From Anaeromyxobacter sp. (GTDB taxonomy: Bacteria > Myxococcota > Myxococcia > Myxococcales > Anaeromyxobacteraceae), in assembly GCA_049840735.1 (NCBI GenBank), contig JASGJN010000020.1:288001-352000 (forward strand): DNA of 64,000 bases, in the 5' to 3' direction. Made by a program: the position numbers and the translations under genes. This document shows positions 54,496 through 64,000 of the stretch, piece by piece. Numbering within the stretch: the stretch's first letter is position 1; every line of letters begins with the position of its first letter. The notes beneath the pieces were generated by a model. It made no database searches. It saw only the letters and a program-made list of their open reading frames with translations, and was not told the origin of the DNA.

Positions 54496-54963
54496 TCAGC
54501 GCGGGCGCCGCGCCCAGGCCAGCACGGCCCAGAGCACCAGGTACAGCACCCCGGCCGCCAGCGGCGCCACCACCGCCCAGGCCACCGCCGCCCGCGCGTT
54601 GGCGCCGGCGTAGCGGGCCAGCGTGGCCCAGCCGTCCGCCGCCACCTGGCGGCGCAGCTCGTCCAGCGTGAACGGCACCGGCGGCAGGCCGAAGAGCCTG
54701 GCCCCGGCGTCGAAGAAGGGCAGGAGCAGCCCCAGCTGCAGCGGATAGGCCACGTAGTTGGCCACCTGCAGCGCCGGCTGGTTGAGCCGCAGCGCCACCC
54801 CCACCGCCGCGCAGAGCAGCGTGGTGGTGCCCAGCACCGGGAACGCACCCAGGACCAGCCCCAGCGCCAGGGCCAGCGCCAGCCGCCGCGGGGTGACGCC
54901 CTGCGTGAGCTGTCGGGCCAGCGGCTCCAGCACCGCCCGCCGCAGGAAGCCGTCCTCCGCCAT
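54496..54963 (-). CDS. DUF2062-like membrane protein
   Basis: TPRRLALALALG...FPVLGTTT...RLNQPA. Confidence 0.75.
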   Translation of the reverse strand: MAEDGFLRRAVLEPLARQLTQGVTPRRLALALALGLVLGAFPVLGTTTLLCAAVGVALRLNQPALQVANYVAYPLQLGLLLPFFDAGARLFGLPPVPFTLDELRRQVAADGWATLARYAGANARAAVAWAVVAPLAAGVLYLVLWAVLAWARRPR

Positions 54964-54969
54964 GCGCGG

Positions 54970-56157
54970 TCAGGCCCCCGCGCTCTGGGTCAGCAGCTCC
55001 TTCCAGCGGACCTGGGCGGCGCCGTTCAGGCCGTACGGCTGGACCAGCAGCGTGACGCCGCCGGCCTCGGGCCAGCCCAGCTTGACGCTGGCGAACCCCC
55101 GGAGCGGCGGATTGCAGGCGACCTTCATCTCCATGAGCAGGTTCTCCGGGACCGACTGCTTCCCGGTGATCATGGCGTGCGTCGCGCCGATGCCGAGCAG
55201 CTGGTAGCTGTACTCGCGCTCGCCCAGTTTGAGCACCACCGGCAGCGGCGGCGGCTTGGGCCCGTCGCGCCGCGGGGGCGGCTCCTGGGCCACCAGCGAC
55301 GGCTTGCCCACGCCCTGCCAGACCTCGGCGCTCTCGAAGGAGGCGATGAACCCGGGCAGCGTCTCCACCGTGCGGGCCACGGTGGCGCGCTCGTTGACGC
55401 CCAGCCAGGCGCAGGACTCCAGATCCTGCGCGGAGACGGAGGTCTGCTCGTGGAGCAGCGCCACCACGCGGTCCACCACCGCCACCAGCTCGACCATGGC
55501 GGGCTCGGCGGCGGCCGAGGCGCTCTCCGAGTGGTGGAGCGAGATCGAGTCGGCGATCACCTGCGGGAGGTCCCAGCGCGCCGCCATCACCACGCCCAGC
55601 TCGACGTGGTAGCGGTCCATGATCTCCACCCACTCCGCCTCGGTCTTGGGGGCCACGTCCTCGCGGCGGGCCAGCAGGTCCTCGATGCAGGCGATGGCGA
55701 CCACCTTGCCGAAGTCGTGCAGCAGGCCGGCGGAGAAGGCGACCTCGGGGGAGATCCTGCGCCCCTTGGCCAGGTCCTGCGCCAGCAGCGCCGAGGCCAG
55801 CGCGTCCAGCCAGACGCGGCGGCGGATGGGGGCCAGCTTGCCGTCGGACAACGCGTGGGCGCCCAGCCCGGAGGCCAGGGCCAGCCGGGCCACGTCCTTG
55901 GCGCCGATGCGCGAGACCGCGGCCTTGACGGCCGCGACCGGCGCGCCGCGCGCGTAGAGGGCGGAGTTGGCGCAGCGGAGGACGTCGGCGCCCAGCACCT
56001 GGTCGGACGAGACCAGCTTGGCGAGGTCCTCGAGCCCGTAGTCCTGCGAGCGGACCAGCGCCTCGATCTTGAAGGCGACGGCCGGGTACGGCGGCACCTT
56101 CACCGCGCCCTTGCCCACCAGTTCGACGATGGCCTTGTCGAGGTCGAGTTCGGACAT
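54970..56157 (-). CDS. HDOD domain protein
   Basis: VPPYPAVA, VLRCANSALY, AGLLHDFGK, RWDLP. Confidence 0.9.
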   Translation of the reverse strand: MSELDLDKAIVELVGKGAVKVPPYPAVAFKIEALVRSQDYGLEDLAKLVSSDQVLGADVLRCANSALYARGAPVAAVKAAVSRIGAKDVARLALASGLGAHALSDGKLAPIRRRVWLDALASALLAQDLAKGRRISPEVAFSAGLLHDFGKVVAIACIEDLLARREDVAPKTEAEWVEIMDRYHVELGVVMAARWDLPQVIADSISLHHSESASAAAEPAMVELVAVVDRVVALLHEQTSVSAQDLESCAWLGVNERATVARTVETLPGFIASFESAEVWQGVGKPSLVAQEPPPRRDGPKPPPLPVVLKLGEREYSYQLLGIGATHAMITGKQSVPENLLMEMKVACNPPLRGFASVKLGWPEAGGVTLLVQPYGLNGAAQVRWKELLTQSAGA

Positions 56158-56173
56158 GCCCGGCGAGTCTACA

Positions 56174-57313
56174 TCAGATGGGCGGGCGGGTGCCGGCGCC
56201 ATACCCGGTCAGCTCGACGTACCCCTCGCCCGCTGGACGGCCGTCCGAACCCGTGAGTCGGACGGGCCCCTCCCAGTACGAGAGGCCGGGCGCCAGCGCG
56301 GAGACGTTCTCGGCCCCGGCCACCTCCGGCTCGACGGTGACGCGGATGCCCGCGCCGGGGACCTCGATCTCCCAGCCGGAGGGGTAGTCCGCGCCGGTTC
56401 GCGGGCTGCGCCAGCGCCCCCGCACCCGGACCGACCAGGCCTCCGGGCCCAAGAGCCGCACCGCCCCGTCGCGGTCCGCCAGCGTGGCGGTGGCGAAGTC
56501 GACGCCGCCGTCGCGCCGGCGCAGCACGTAGAGCATCAGGTCCCGCCCGTCGGCGAGCCGAAGGCTCCACCAGTCCCACCCCACCTGCTCGGGCGCGAGC
56601 TGCGACGAGCCGAACTCACGGTCGAGCCAGCTGGTCCCGCGCACGCGGTAGGTCCGCCCGCCGACCGTCAGCGTCCCCTCGGTCGCGAGACGTGGGTAGG
56701 AGTAGTACAGGCTGGCGTAGCCGGGCCGCGCCGCCTTGCGGCTGTAGCCGTTCGGCCCCTGCAGCACCCGCGGCTTCACCGGGCGCGCCTCCAGCGCCAG
56801 CCCCGCGCCGCGGGCCTGGTCGCGCGCCTCCAGCCTGAACCGCTCGGCGCCGTCCGCGCCCTCCGCCAGCTGCAGCGTCCAGCGCCCGTCGGTGCCGGGC
56901 GGCGCCTGCGCCCAGGCCAGCAGCGCCCGATCCGGCGCCGGGAAGCCGCCCAGCAGCGGCGCGGCGCGCCAGAGCACCTCGGCGAAGGTGTGGACCTGCC
57001 CGGCCACGTCGGTGATGGCCAGGTGGCCCATCACCGCCTCGCCGGTGGCCCAGGCGGAGTCGAGCGCCGGCGGCTGGGGCAGGAGCCCGACGCGGAAGAA
57101 GGTGAGCTGGACCCCGAAGCGCCGGCCGGGGGCGTCCAGCGCCTCGAGCGTGCCGGTGAGGTACCACCACTCGTTCCGGTGGCCGGGGTGGCCGTGGTGG
57201 TCGCGCGGGAAGGCCCAGCTCCAGGCCGGGTCGGCCGGGGTCCAGGGGCCGGAGGCCGCCGCCGGCGCGGCGGCCAGCAGGGCGGCCAGCAGCGCGGCGC
57301 TAGAGGGCATCAC
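56174..57313 (-). CDS. AttH/CrtC-like lipocalin-domain exported protein
   Basis: FPRDHHGHP..NEWWYLTG, SLYYSYPRL, WLDREF, GWDW, YWEG, GYVELTGY. Confidence 0.88.
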   Translation of the reverse strand: MMPSSAALLAALLAAAPAAASGPWTPADPAWSWAFPRDHHGHPGHRNEWWYLTGTLEALDAPGRRFGVQLTFFRVGLLPQPPALDSAWATGEAVMGHLAITDVAGQVHTFAEVLWRAAPLLGGFPAPDRALLAWAQAPPGTDGRWTLQLAEGADGAERFRLEARDQARGAGLALEARPVKPRVLQGPNGYSRKAARPGYASLYYSYPRLATEGTLTVGGRTYRVRGTSWLDREFGSSQLAPEQVGWDWWSLRLADGRDLMLYVLRRRDGGVDFATATLADRDGAVRLLGPEAWSVRVRGRWRSPRTGADYPSGWEIEVPGAGIRVTVEPEVAGAENVSALAPGLSYWEGPVRLTGSDGRPAGEGYVELTGYGAGTRPPI

Positions 57314-59822
57314 GCGAGAGCTCCGCCGCGGGCGTGCGGCTCGCGGCCAGCGCCGGGTAGAGGCTGGCCAGGGTCACGGCGGCCAGGATCACCGCGGCCT
57401 CGCCCAGCAGCGCGGTCCAGGGGACGTAGAGCCCCAGCGTCCAGCCGAACGAGGCCGGGTTGATGGCGGACACCAGCACCCAGGCCAGCCCGGCCCCCGC
57501 CGCCCCGCCCAGCGCCAGGCCCACCCACCCGACCGCCAGCCCGCGCCCCAGGAAGACGCGGAAGAGCTGCGCCCGCGATGCGCCCAGCGCCCGCAGCAGG
57601 GCCAGCTCGGCCCGCCGCTCGCGCGCCAGCACCAGCAGCGCCAGGGTCACGCCGGCGGCGGCGATGGCCAGCCCCATGGAGCGGAGCAGCCGGGTCACGG
57701 CGAAGGTCTCCTCGAAGATGGCCAGCACCTCGCGCCGGAGCGTGGCGTTGGAGCGGACCTGCAGCGCCGCCCCGGGCAGCGCGGCCCGCACCGCCGCCAC
57801 GGCCGCCGCGGGGTCGCGGCCGGGGGCCAGGTACAGCGCGGCGCTGGAGGGCTGCCCGGGGCCGAAGGCGCGGGCATAGGTCCCGAGGTCGAGCAGCACC
57901 GCGCCGCCCTCGCTGCCGTAGTCGCGGTAGACGCCCGCCACCGGGAAGGGCCGCTCCCCGGCCAGCGTGTGCAGCCGGAGCGTGCCGCCCGGCCCGAGCC
58001 CCGCCTTGCGCGCCAGCGGCTCGGAGACCAGCGCGCCGCCGGCGCGGAGCGCGGCCATGGCGGCCCGGCCGTCCCCGTCCAGCAGCGCCACCCGCCGCTC
58101 GCCGCCGGGCAGCGCGGCGTCGATGCCCGAGACGCTGACGCGCCGCCCGCCGGCCTGCTCCTGGTGCTGGCGCAGCCGGTCCACCGCCACCGTCCCGGGC
58201 ACGCGCGCCAGCGCCTCCAGCACCTCCGGCCCCAGCGTGGCCTCGCTGCGGGCGCGCCGCCAGGAGGGCGAGGTCACGTAGACGTCGGCGTGGAGCGTGG
58301 CGTCGAGCCAGCGGACCACCGTCTCGCGGAAGCTGCCCACCATCAGCGTCACGCCCACCAGCATGGCCACCGCCACCGCCAGCGCGCCGGCCGCCGGCGC
58401 GACGCCGGCCAGCCGGGCCCCGGCGGTGCGCAGCCCATGGCGCAGCCCCAGCCGCCGCGGCCGGCCGGTGCGGGTGAGCGCCCGCAGCCCGGCCGGCGCG
58501 GCCAGCGGCGCCGCCGCCAGCAGGCCGAGCGCCAGCGCGAAGCCCGAGCCGCTCCAGCGCGCGGCGAGCGCGGCGTGGACCGCGGCCCCCAGCGCCAGCG
58601 CCGCCAGCCCGGCCAGCAGCGGCCGCCGCGCACCCGCGCCGCCGCGCTCGTCCAGGGCCAGCGGCGAGAGGAGCGCGCGCGGGTCCTGCCGGCTGGCGTC
58701 CAGCGCCGGCCAGAGCGCGCCGGCCAGCGCGCCCAGCACCCCGGTGGCCACCGCCAGCGCCAAGAGCCCGGGCGTGAGCGTCACCCGGTCGATCCCCTCC
58801 AGCAGGTAGACGTTGCGCAGCGTCGAGGAGACCGCCCCCAGGTTGGCCCGCGCCGCCAGCCAGCCGAGCGGGATGCCGGCCGCGGTCCCCAGCGCGCCCA
58901 GCAGCGCCGCCTCCGCCAGCACCAGGCGCAGCACCTGGGCACGGGTGGCGCCCACCGCCCGCAGCACGCCCAGCTCCTCGCGCCGCCGCGCCAGCGAGGC
59001 GCGCACCGAGGCGTAGACCAGGAAGCCGCCCACCAGCAGCGAGACCAGCGAGAGCGCGGTCAGGTTGAGCCGGAAGGCCGCCAGCAGCCCCGAGGCCTCC
59101 ACCGTGCGCGCCTCCGGGGTGGTGACGCGGGCCCGGTCGCCGAGCCGCTCCTGCAGCCGCGCCGCCAGGTCGCCCGCCGCCACGCCCTCCCGCGCGGTGA
59201 CGTCCAGCTGGTGGATGCGGCCGCGCACGCCCAGCAGCCCCTGCGCCTGCGCCAGGTCCATCACCGCCAGCCGGCGCGAGGCCAGCGGCGCCACGCGCTG
59301 CAGGTCCACCAGCGCCCCCACCCACAGGCGCACGCGCCGGGCGCCCAGCGAGACGTCCACCGGATCGCCCACCCGCCAGCCGCGCTCCGCCGCCAGTGCC
59401 TGCGTCACCGCCACCCAGCCTGGCGTGCCCAGCGCGCCCTCCAGGGCGCCCTGCTGCAGCGCCCAGGGGCGCTTCGACGGCGCCAGCAGGTCCACCCCCA
59501 CCAGCTCCAGCGTCCCGCCGTCCGTCCCCTCCAGCGCCGCGTCGGCGCGCCAGAGCGGCATCGCCCCGGCCACGCCGGGCGTGCCCAGCACCTCCGGCAG
59601 CAGCGCCTCGTCCAGCCCGCCGGACCAGCCCAGCACGGTCACGTCCACGTCGCCGGAGACGGCCCGGACCGTGCCGCTGAAGGCGCCCACCGCGCCGGCG
59701 TCGAGCAGCTGGATGGAGAGGACCGCGGCCACGCCCAGCGCCACGCCCGCCACCGCCAGGGCGAACAGCGCCCGCGCCGACCGCAGCTCCTTCAGCAGCG
59801 CGCGCAGCAGGTAGCGGCGCAT
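57300..59822 (-). CDS. ABC transporter permease, duplicated FtsX/MacB type (AttF/G-like)
   Basis: Two RRxELxxLRAxGA motifs; INPASFGWTL. Confidence 0.9.
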   Translation of the reverse strand: MRRYLLRALLKELRSARALFALAVAGVALGVAAVLSIQLLDAGAVGAFSGTVRAVSGDVDVTVLGWSGGLDEALLPEVLGTPGVAGAMPLWRADAALEGTDGGTLELVGVDLLAPSKRPWALQQGALEGALGTPGWVAVTQALAAERGWRVGDPVDVSLGARRVRLWVGALVDLQRVAPLASRRLAVMDLAQAQGLLGVRGRIHQLDVTAREGVAAGDLAARLQERLGDRARVTTPEARTVEASGLLAAFRLNLTALSLVSLLVGGFLVYASVRASLARRREELGVLRAVGATRAQVLRLVLAEAALLGALGTAAGIPLGWLAARANLGAVSSTLRNVYLLEGIDRVTLTPGLLALAVATGVLGALAGALWPALDASRQDPRALLSPLALDERGGAGARRPLLAGLAALALGAAVHAALAARWSGSGFALALGLLAAAPLAAPAGLRALTRTGRPRRLGLRHGLRTAGARLAGVAPAAGALAVAVAMLVGVTLMVGSFRETVVRWLDATLHADVYVTSPSWRRARSEATLGPEVLEALARVPGTVAVDRLRQHQEQAGGRRVSVSGIDAALPGGERRVALLDGDGRAAMAALRAGGALVSEPLARKAGLGPGGTLRLHTLAGERPFPVAGVYRDYGSEGGAVLLDLGTYARAFGPGQPSSAALYLAPGRDPAAAVAAVRAALPGAALQVRSNATLRREVLAIFEETFAVTRLLRSMGLAIAAAGVTLALLVLARERRAELALLRALGASRAQLFRVFLGRGLAVGWVGLALGGAAGAGLAWVLVSAINPASFGWTLGLYVPWTALLGEAAVILAAVTLASLYPALAASRTPAAELSRDAL

Positions 59823-59826
59823 GGGG

Positions 59827-60504
59827 CTAGGCCTCCAGCCGCCCGTCGTGCAGCGTCCAGGTGGCGTCGGCCAGCGCCGCCAGCTCGCGGCTGTGGGTGA
59901 CGTAGAGCAGCGCCCCGCCCTCCTCGCGCGCCAGCGCCAAGAGGAGGTCCATCACCACCTGGCCGGTGGCCTCGTCCAGGTTGCCGGTGGGCTCGTCGGC
60001 CAGCAGCAGCCGCGGGCGCCGCAGCAGGGCCCGGCAGAGGGCCACCCGCTGCTGCTCGCCGCCGGAGAGCGCCTGCACCAGGTCGTCGCGGCGGGCGCCC
60101 AGCCCCACCCGCTCCAGCAGCGCGCGGGCCCGCGCCTGCGCCGGGCGGGGCGGGTCGCCGGCCACCAGCGCCGGGACCAGCACGTTCTCCTCCAGCGAGA
60201 GGTGCGGCAGCAGGTGGAAGAACTGGAACACCAGCCCCATGTGGTCGCGCCGGGCCCGGGTCCGCTCGGCGTCGGAGAGCGCGCCCAGCGGCTGCCCCAG
60301 CAGGATCACCTCGCCGGCGGTGGGCGCGTCGATGCCGGCGGCCAGGTGGAGCAGCGTCGACTTGCCGGAGCCGCTCCGGCCGGTGACCGCCACCGCCTGG
60401 CCGGCCTCGACCTCGCCGGAGACGCCGCGCAGGACGGGCAGCGGCGCCCCGCCGGCCCTGGGGTAGGTGCGCTGGATGTCACGGAACGTGATGACCGGGG
60501 CCAT
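59827..60504 (-). CDS. ABC ATP-binding protein (LolD/AttE-like)
   Basis: GRSGSGKST, LSGGEQQRVA, LADEPTGNLD, VTH. Confidence 0.93.
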   Translation of the reverse strand: MAPVITFRDIQRTYPRAGGAPLPVLRGVSGEVEAGQAVAVTGRSGSGKSTLLHLAAGIDAPTAGEVILLGQPLGALSDAERTRARRDHMGLVFQFFHLLPHLSLEENVLVPALVAGDPPRPAQARARALLERVGLGARRDDLVQALSGGEQQRVALCRALLRRPRLLLADEPTGNLDEATGQVVMDLLLALAREEGGALLYVTHSRELAALADATWTLHDGRLEA

Positions 60505-60581
60505 GATGCCCCGGGGAGATGGCGGCCCGGGGCGCGCCGGGCAATCGAATCGACCGGCGCGAGGTCGCCGAGGCGGCGGAT

Positions 60582-61373
60582 TCAGCGGCGCGCGGGCGCC
60601 GGCGGGCCGGCGCGGGGTGCGGCGCGCACCCTGGACGAGCCGGCGGAGAGCCCGGCCGCAGCCAGGATCCGGGCCCGCGCCGCGGCCGGCAGGCGCTTCA
60701 CCGCCTCGCGCACGGTGAGCGGAGCCGCCCGGGCCGCGCGCGGCTCGAGCCAGGCGATCACGCCCTCGGGGTCCGCCTTGGAGGCATCGCGCAGCACCCA
60801 GCCGATGGCCTTGCGGATGAAGAACTCTCCCTCCCCGAGCAGCGGATCGGCCAGCCGCCCGAAGGCCGCCAGGTCTCCCCGCCCCTCCCGCAGCGCGATC
60901 AGGTGGGCCAGCAGCGCCGCGCGGCGGATCCAGAAGTCCGGGTCCTTGCCCCAGGCCGGCAGCTTGCGCCCCAGCGCCGGGTGGCGCTCCGCCAGCGGCC
61001 CGAGCACCGAGGCGGCCAGGTTGTCCACCAGCGCCCAGGTGCGGCTCTCGCGGATGAGCCGCTCCAGCAGCGGGAGGTCGCGCGGCCCCAGCAGCCCGGG
61101 CCGGGCCTCCAGCAGCTCCACGGCCGCGGCGCGGCACTCGTGGATGGGGCGGGCCCAGAGCGCCTCCACCAGCGCCACCAGGCCGGCGTGGTCGAGGTCC
61201 TGGCCAGCCAGGAAGGTCCGGACCACGCGGCGGGTGGCCGGGACGCTCACGCCCAGGTGATCGAGGCTGCTCTTGAGGTAGCGCTTCTCCTGGTCGGCGC
61301 GCTCCGGGTGGCCCTCGGCCCGGAGCGCCCCCTCCAGCGCGCGGGCCTGCGCGCGGCTCTCGGCGGTGCTCAT
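60582..61373 (-). CDS. DNA alkylation repair protein (AlkD-like)
   Basis: YLKS...GVSVP, TWALVD, DFWIRR, EFFIRKAIGWVLR. Confidence 0.88.
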   Translation of the reverse strand: MSTAESRAQARALEGALRAEGHPERADQEKRYLKSSLDHLGVSVPATRRVVRTFLAGQDLDHAGLVALVEALWARPIHECRAAAVELLEARPGLLGPRDLPLLERLIRESRTWALVDNLAASVLGPLAERHPALGRKLPAWGKDPDFWIRRAALLAHLIALREGRGDLAAFGRLADPLLGEGEFFIRKAIGWVLRDASKADPEGVIAWLEPRAARAAPLTVREAVKRLPAAARARILAAAGLSAGSSRVRAAPRAGPPAPARR

Positions 61374-61426
61374 GGCGCCAGTGTAGCCGGCCCGCGCACC
61401 GGCTGGCGGTGCTAGAAGTGCGGCCG

Positions 61427-62542
61427 ATGATCACCGCCCTCGCGCTCGCGCTTTCCCTCTCCCAGTCGCAGCCCCCCGGCCCCGCGCCCCTGCCCACCCG
61501 GCCCCCCACCGCGGCCACGCCCGCGCAGGAAGCGCCGCCCGCCGGCCCCGCGCCCATCCCGGAGGCGCTGCCCGCCGGCGCGCTGCGCGACTGGTACCCG
61601 GCGCCGGAGCCGTTCCGCGAGGGCTGGCTGGAGGTCTCGAAGCTCCACACGCTCCACTACGAGCTGTCCGGCAACCCGCAGGGCCATCCGGCGATGGTGC
61701 TCCACGGCGGGCCGGGCGGCGGCGCCTCCCCGTCGCTGCGGCGCTACTTCGACCCGGAGAAGTGGCTCATCGTCCTGCACGACCAGCGCGGCGCCGGACG
61801 GAGCAAGCCCTTTGCCGAGCTGCGGGAGAACGACACCGCAGCGCTGGTGGAGGACGTGGAGAAGCTGCGGGCCGCCCTGGGCCTGGAGAAGATGCTGGTG
61901 GTGGGCGGCTCCTGGGGCTCGACCCTGGCGCTGGCCTACGCCGAGAAGTACCCGCAGCGGGTGGCCGGGCTGGTGCTGCGCGGCGTCTTCACCTGCACCC
62001 GCGGGGAGATCGACCACTTCTACCACGGCGGCACCGCGCCCTTCTTCCCCGAGACCCACGCCGCGCTGCGGGCCGTGATCCCACACCCCGAGCGCAACGA
62101 CTGGCCGCGCCAGCTGCTCCGGCTCATGACCTCCGGCGACGCCGCCGTCCGCGACCGGGCCGTGCACGCCTGGGCGCTCTACGAGACGCGGATGTCGCGG
62201 GTCGGCCTGACGCAGGCCGAGGCGGAGCAGCAGCTCCAGGGCTACGACGCGCTGGCCTTCTCCACCATCGAGAACCACTACATGGCCAGCGGCTGCTTCC
62301 TGCGCGAGGGGCAGCTCCTGCGCGACGCGAGCCGGCTGGCCGGCATCCCGCTCATCATGGTGCAGGGGCGCTACGACGTGATCTGCCCGCCCATCTCCGC
62401 CTGGCGGGTGCAGCAGGCCGTGCCCGGCGCCCGGCTCTGGCTCGTGGAGGACGCCGGCCACTCCGGCGGCGCGGAGCCGGTGAGGAGGGGGCTGGTCGAG
62501 GCGGTCCGGCAGATGGAGGCAGTGGTCGCGGCGCCGCGGTAG
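61427..62542 (+). CDS. pip: Proline iminopeptidase with N-terminal signal-like and Pro-rich extension
   Basis: LHGGPGGG, DQRGAGRSKP, GGSWGSTLAL, QGRYDVICP, DAGHS. Confidence 0.92.
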   Translation: MITALALALSLSQSQPPGPAPLPTRPPTAATPAQEAPPAGPAPIPEALPAGALRDWYPAPEPFREGWLEVSKLHTLHYELSGNPQGHPAMVLHGGPGGGASPSLRRYFDPEKWLIVLHDQRGAGRSKPFAELRENDTAALVEDVEKLRAALGLEKMLVVGGSWGSTLALAYAEKYPQRVAGLVLRGVFTCTRGEIDHFYHGGTAPFFPETHAALRAVIPHPERNDWPRQLLRLMTSGDAAVRDRAVHAWALYETRMSRVGLTQAEAEQQLQGYDALAFSTIENHYMASGCFLREGQLLRDASRLAGIPLIMVQGRYDVICPPISAWRVQQAVPGARLWLVEDAGHSGGAEPVRRGLVEAVRQMEAVVAAPR

Positions 62543-62572
62543 GAGCTGCTCGCGCGAGCGGGTTCCCCGGAA

Positions 62573-62625
62573 CCGTTCGGCCTGGGCGTAGGGCCCGCCC
62601 TCGGGCGGGCCCGGAGTCGAAGGCC
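62573..62625. repeat. REP-like element
   Basis: CCGTTCGGCCTGGGCGTAG-hairpin-CGGAGTCGAAGGCC between convergent pip and acs. Confidence 0.88.
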
Positions 62626-62643
62626 AGGTGTGGTGCGATCCCC

Positions 62644-64000
<1,357 letters not shown>

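Overview
High-GC bacterial chromosome segment. Gene content (multiheme cytochromes, many sigma54 systems, an RpoH-family sigma factor, a myxobacterial-style TonB locus) suggests an Anaeromyxobacter-like member of the Myxococcota; this is inference, not a database result. No rRNA, tRNA, CRISPR array or transposase was seen. The most striking part is a ~20 kb, mostly minus-strand respiratory/signalling island (5845-25634). It holds a sigma54-promoter operon encoding a small Cys-rich protein, a hidden 25-aa membrane microprotein, a HybA-like Tat ferredoxin, a NrfD/HybB-like membrane subunit, and two membrane-anchored glycine-cleavage-H-like proteins flanking a triheme c7 cytochrome, with no catalytic subunit. 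It also holds a split CbcL-like nonaheme c + cytochrome b pair, three two-component systems (two with CxxCH sensor domains), two embedded zinc proteases (archaemetzincin, M56) and a sigma54-driven hemA. The rest is housekeeping, transport and metabolism: typA, a stand-alone rplC, purU, hemF, terC/nhaR/htpX, RND efflux, ExbBD-TonB-TBDT, ACE-like peptidase, pgm, aceK, an AttEFGH-like ABC system, pip and acs. About eight copies of a nested-hairpin REP-like element lie mostly between convergent genes. Many genes carry frameshifts, ten of them exactly at GATC sites, which points to methylation-linked sequencing error rather than pseudogenes.
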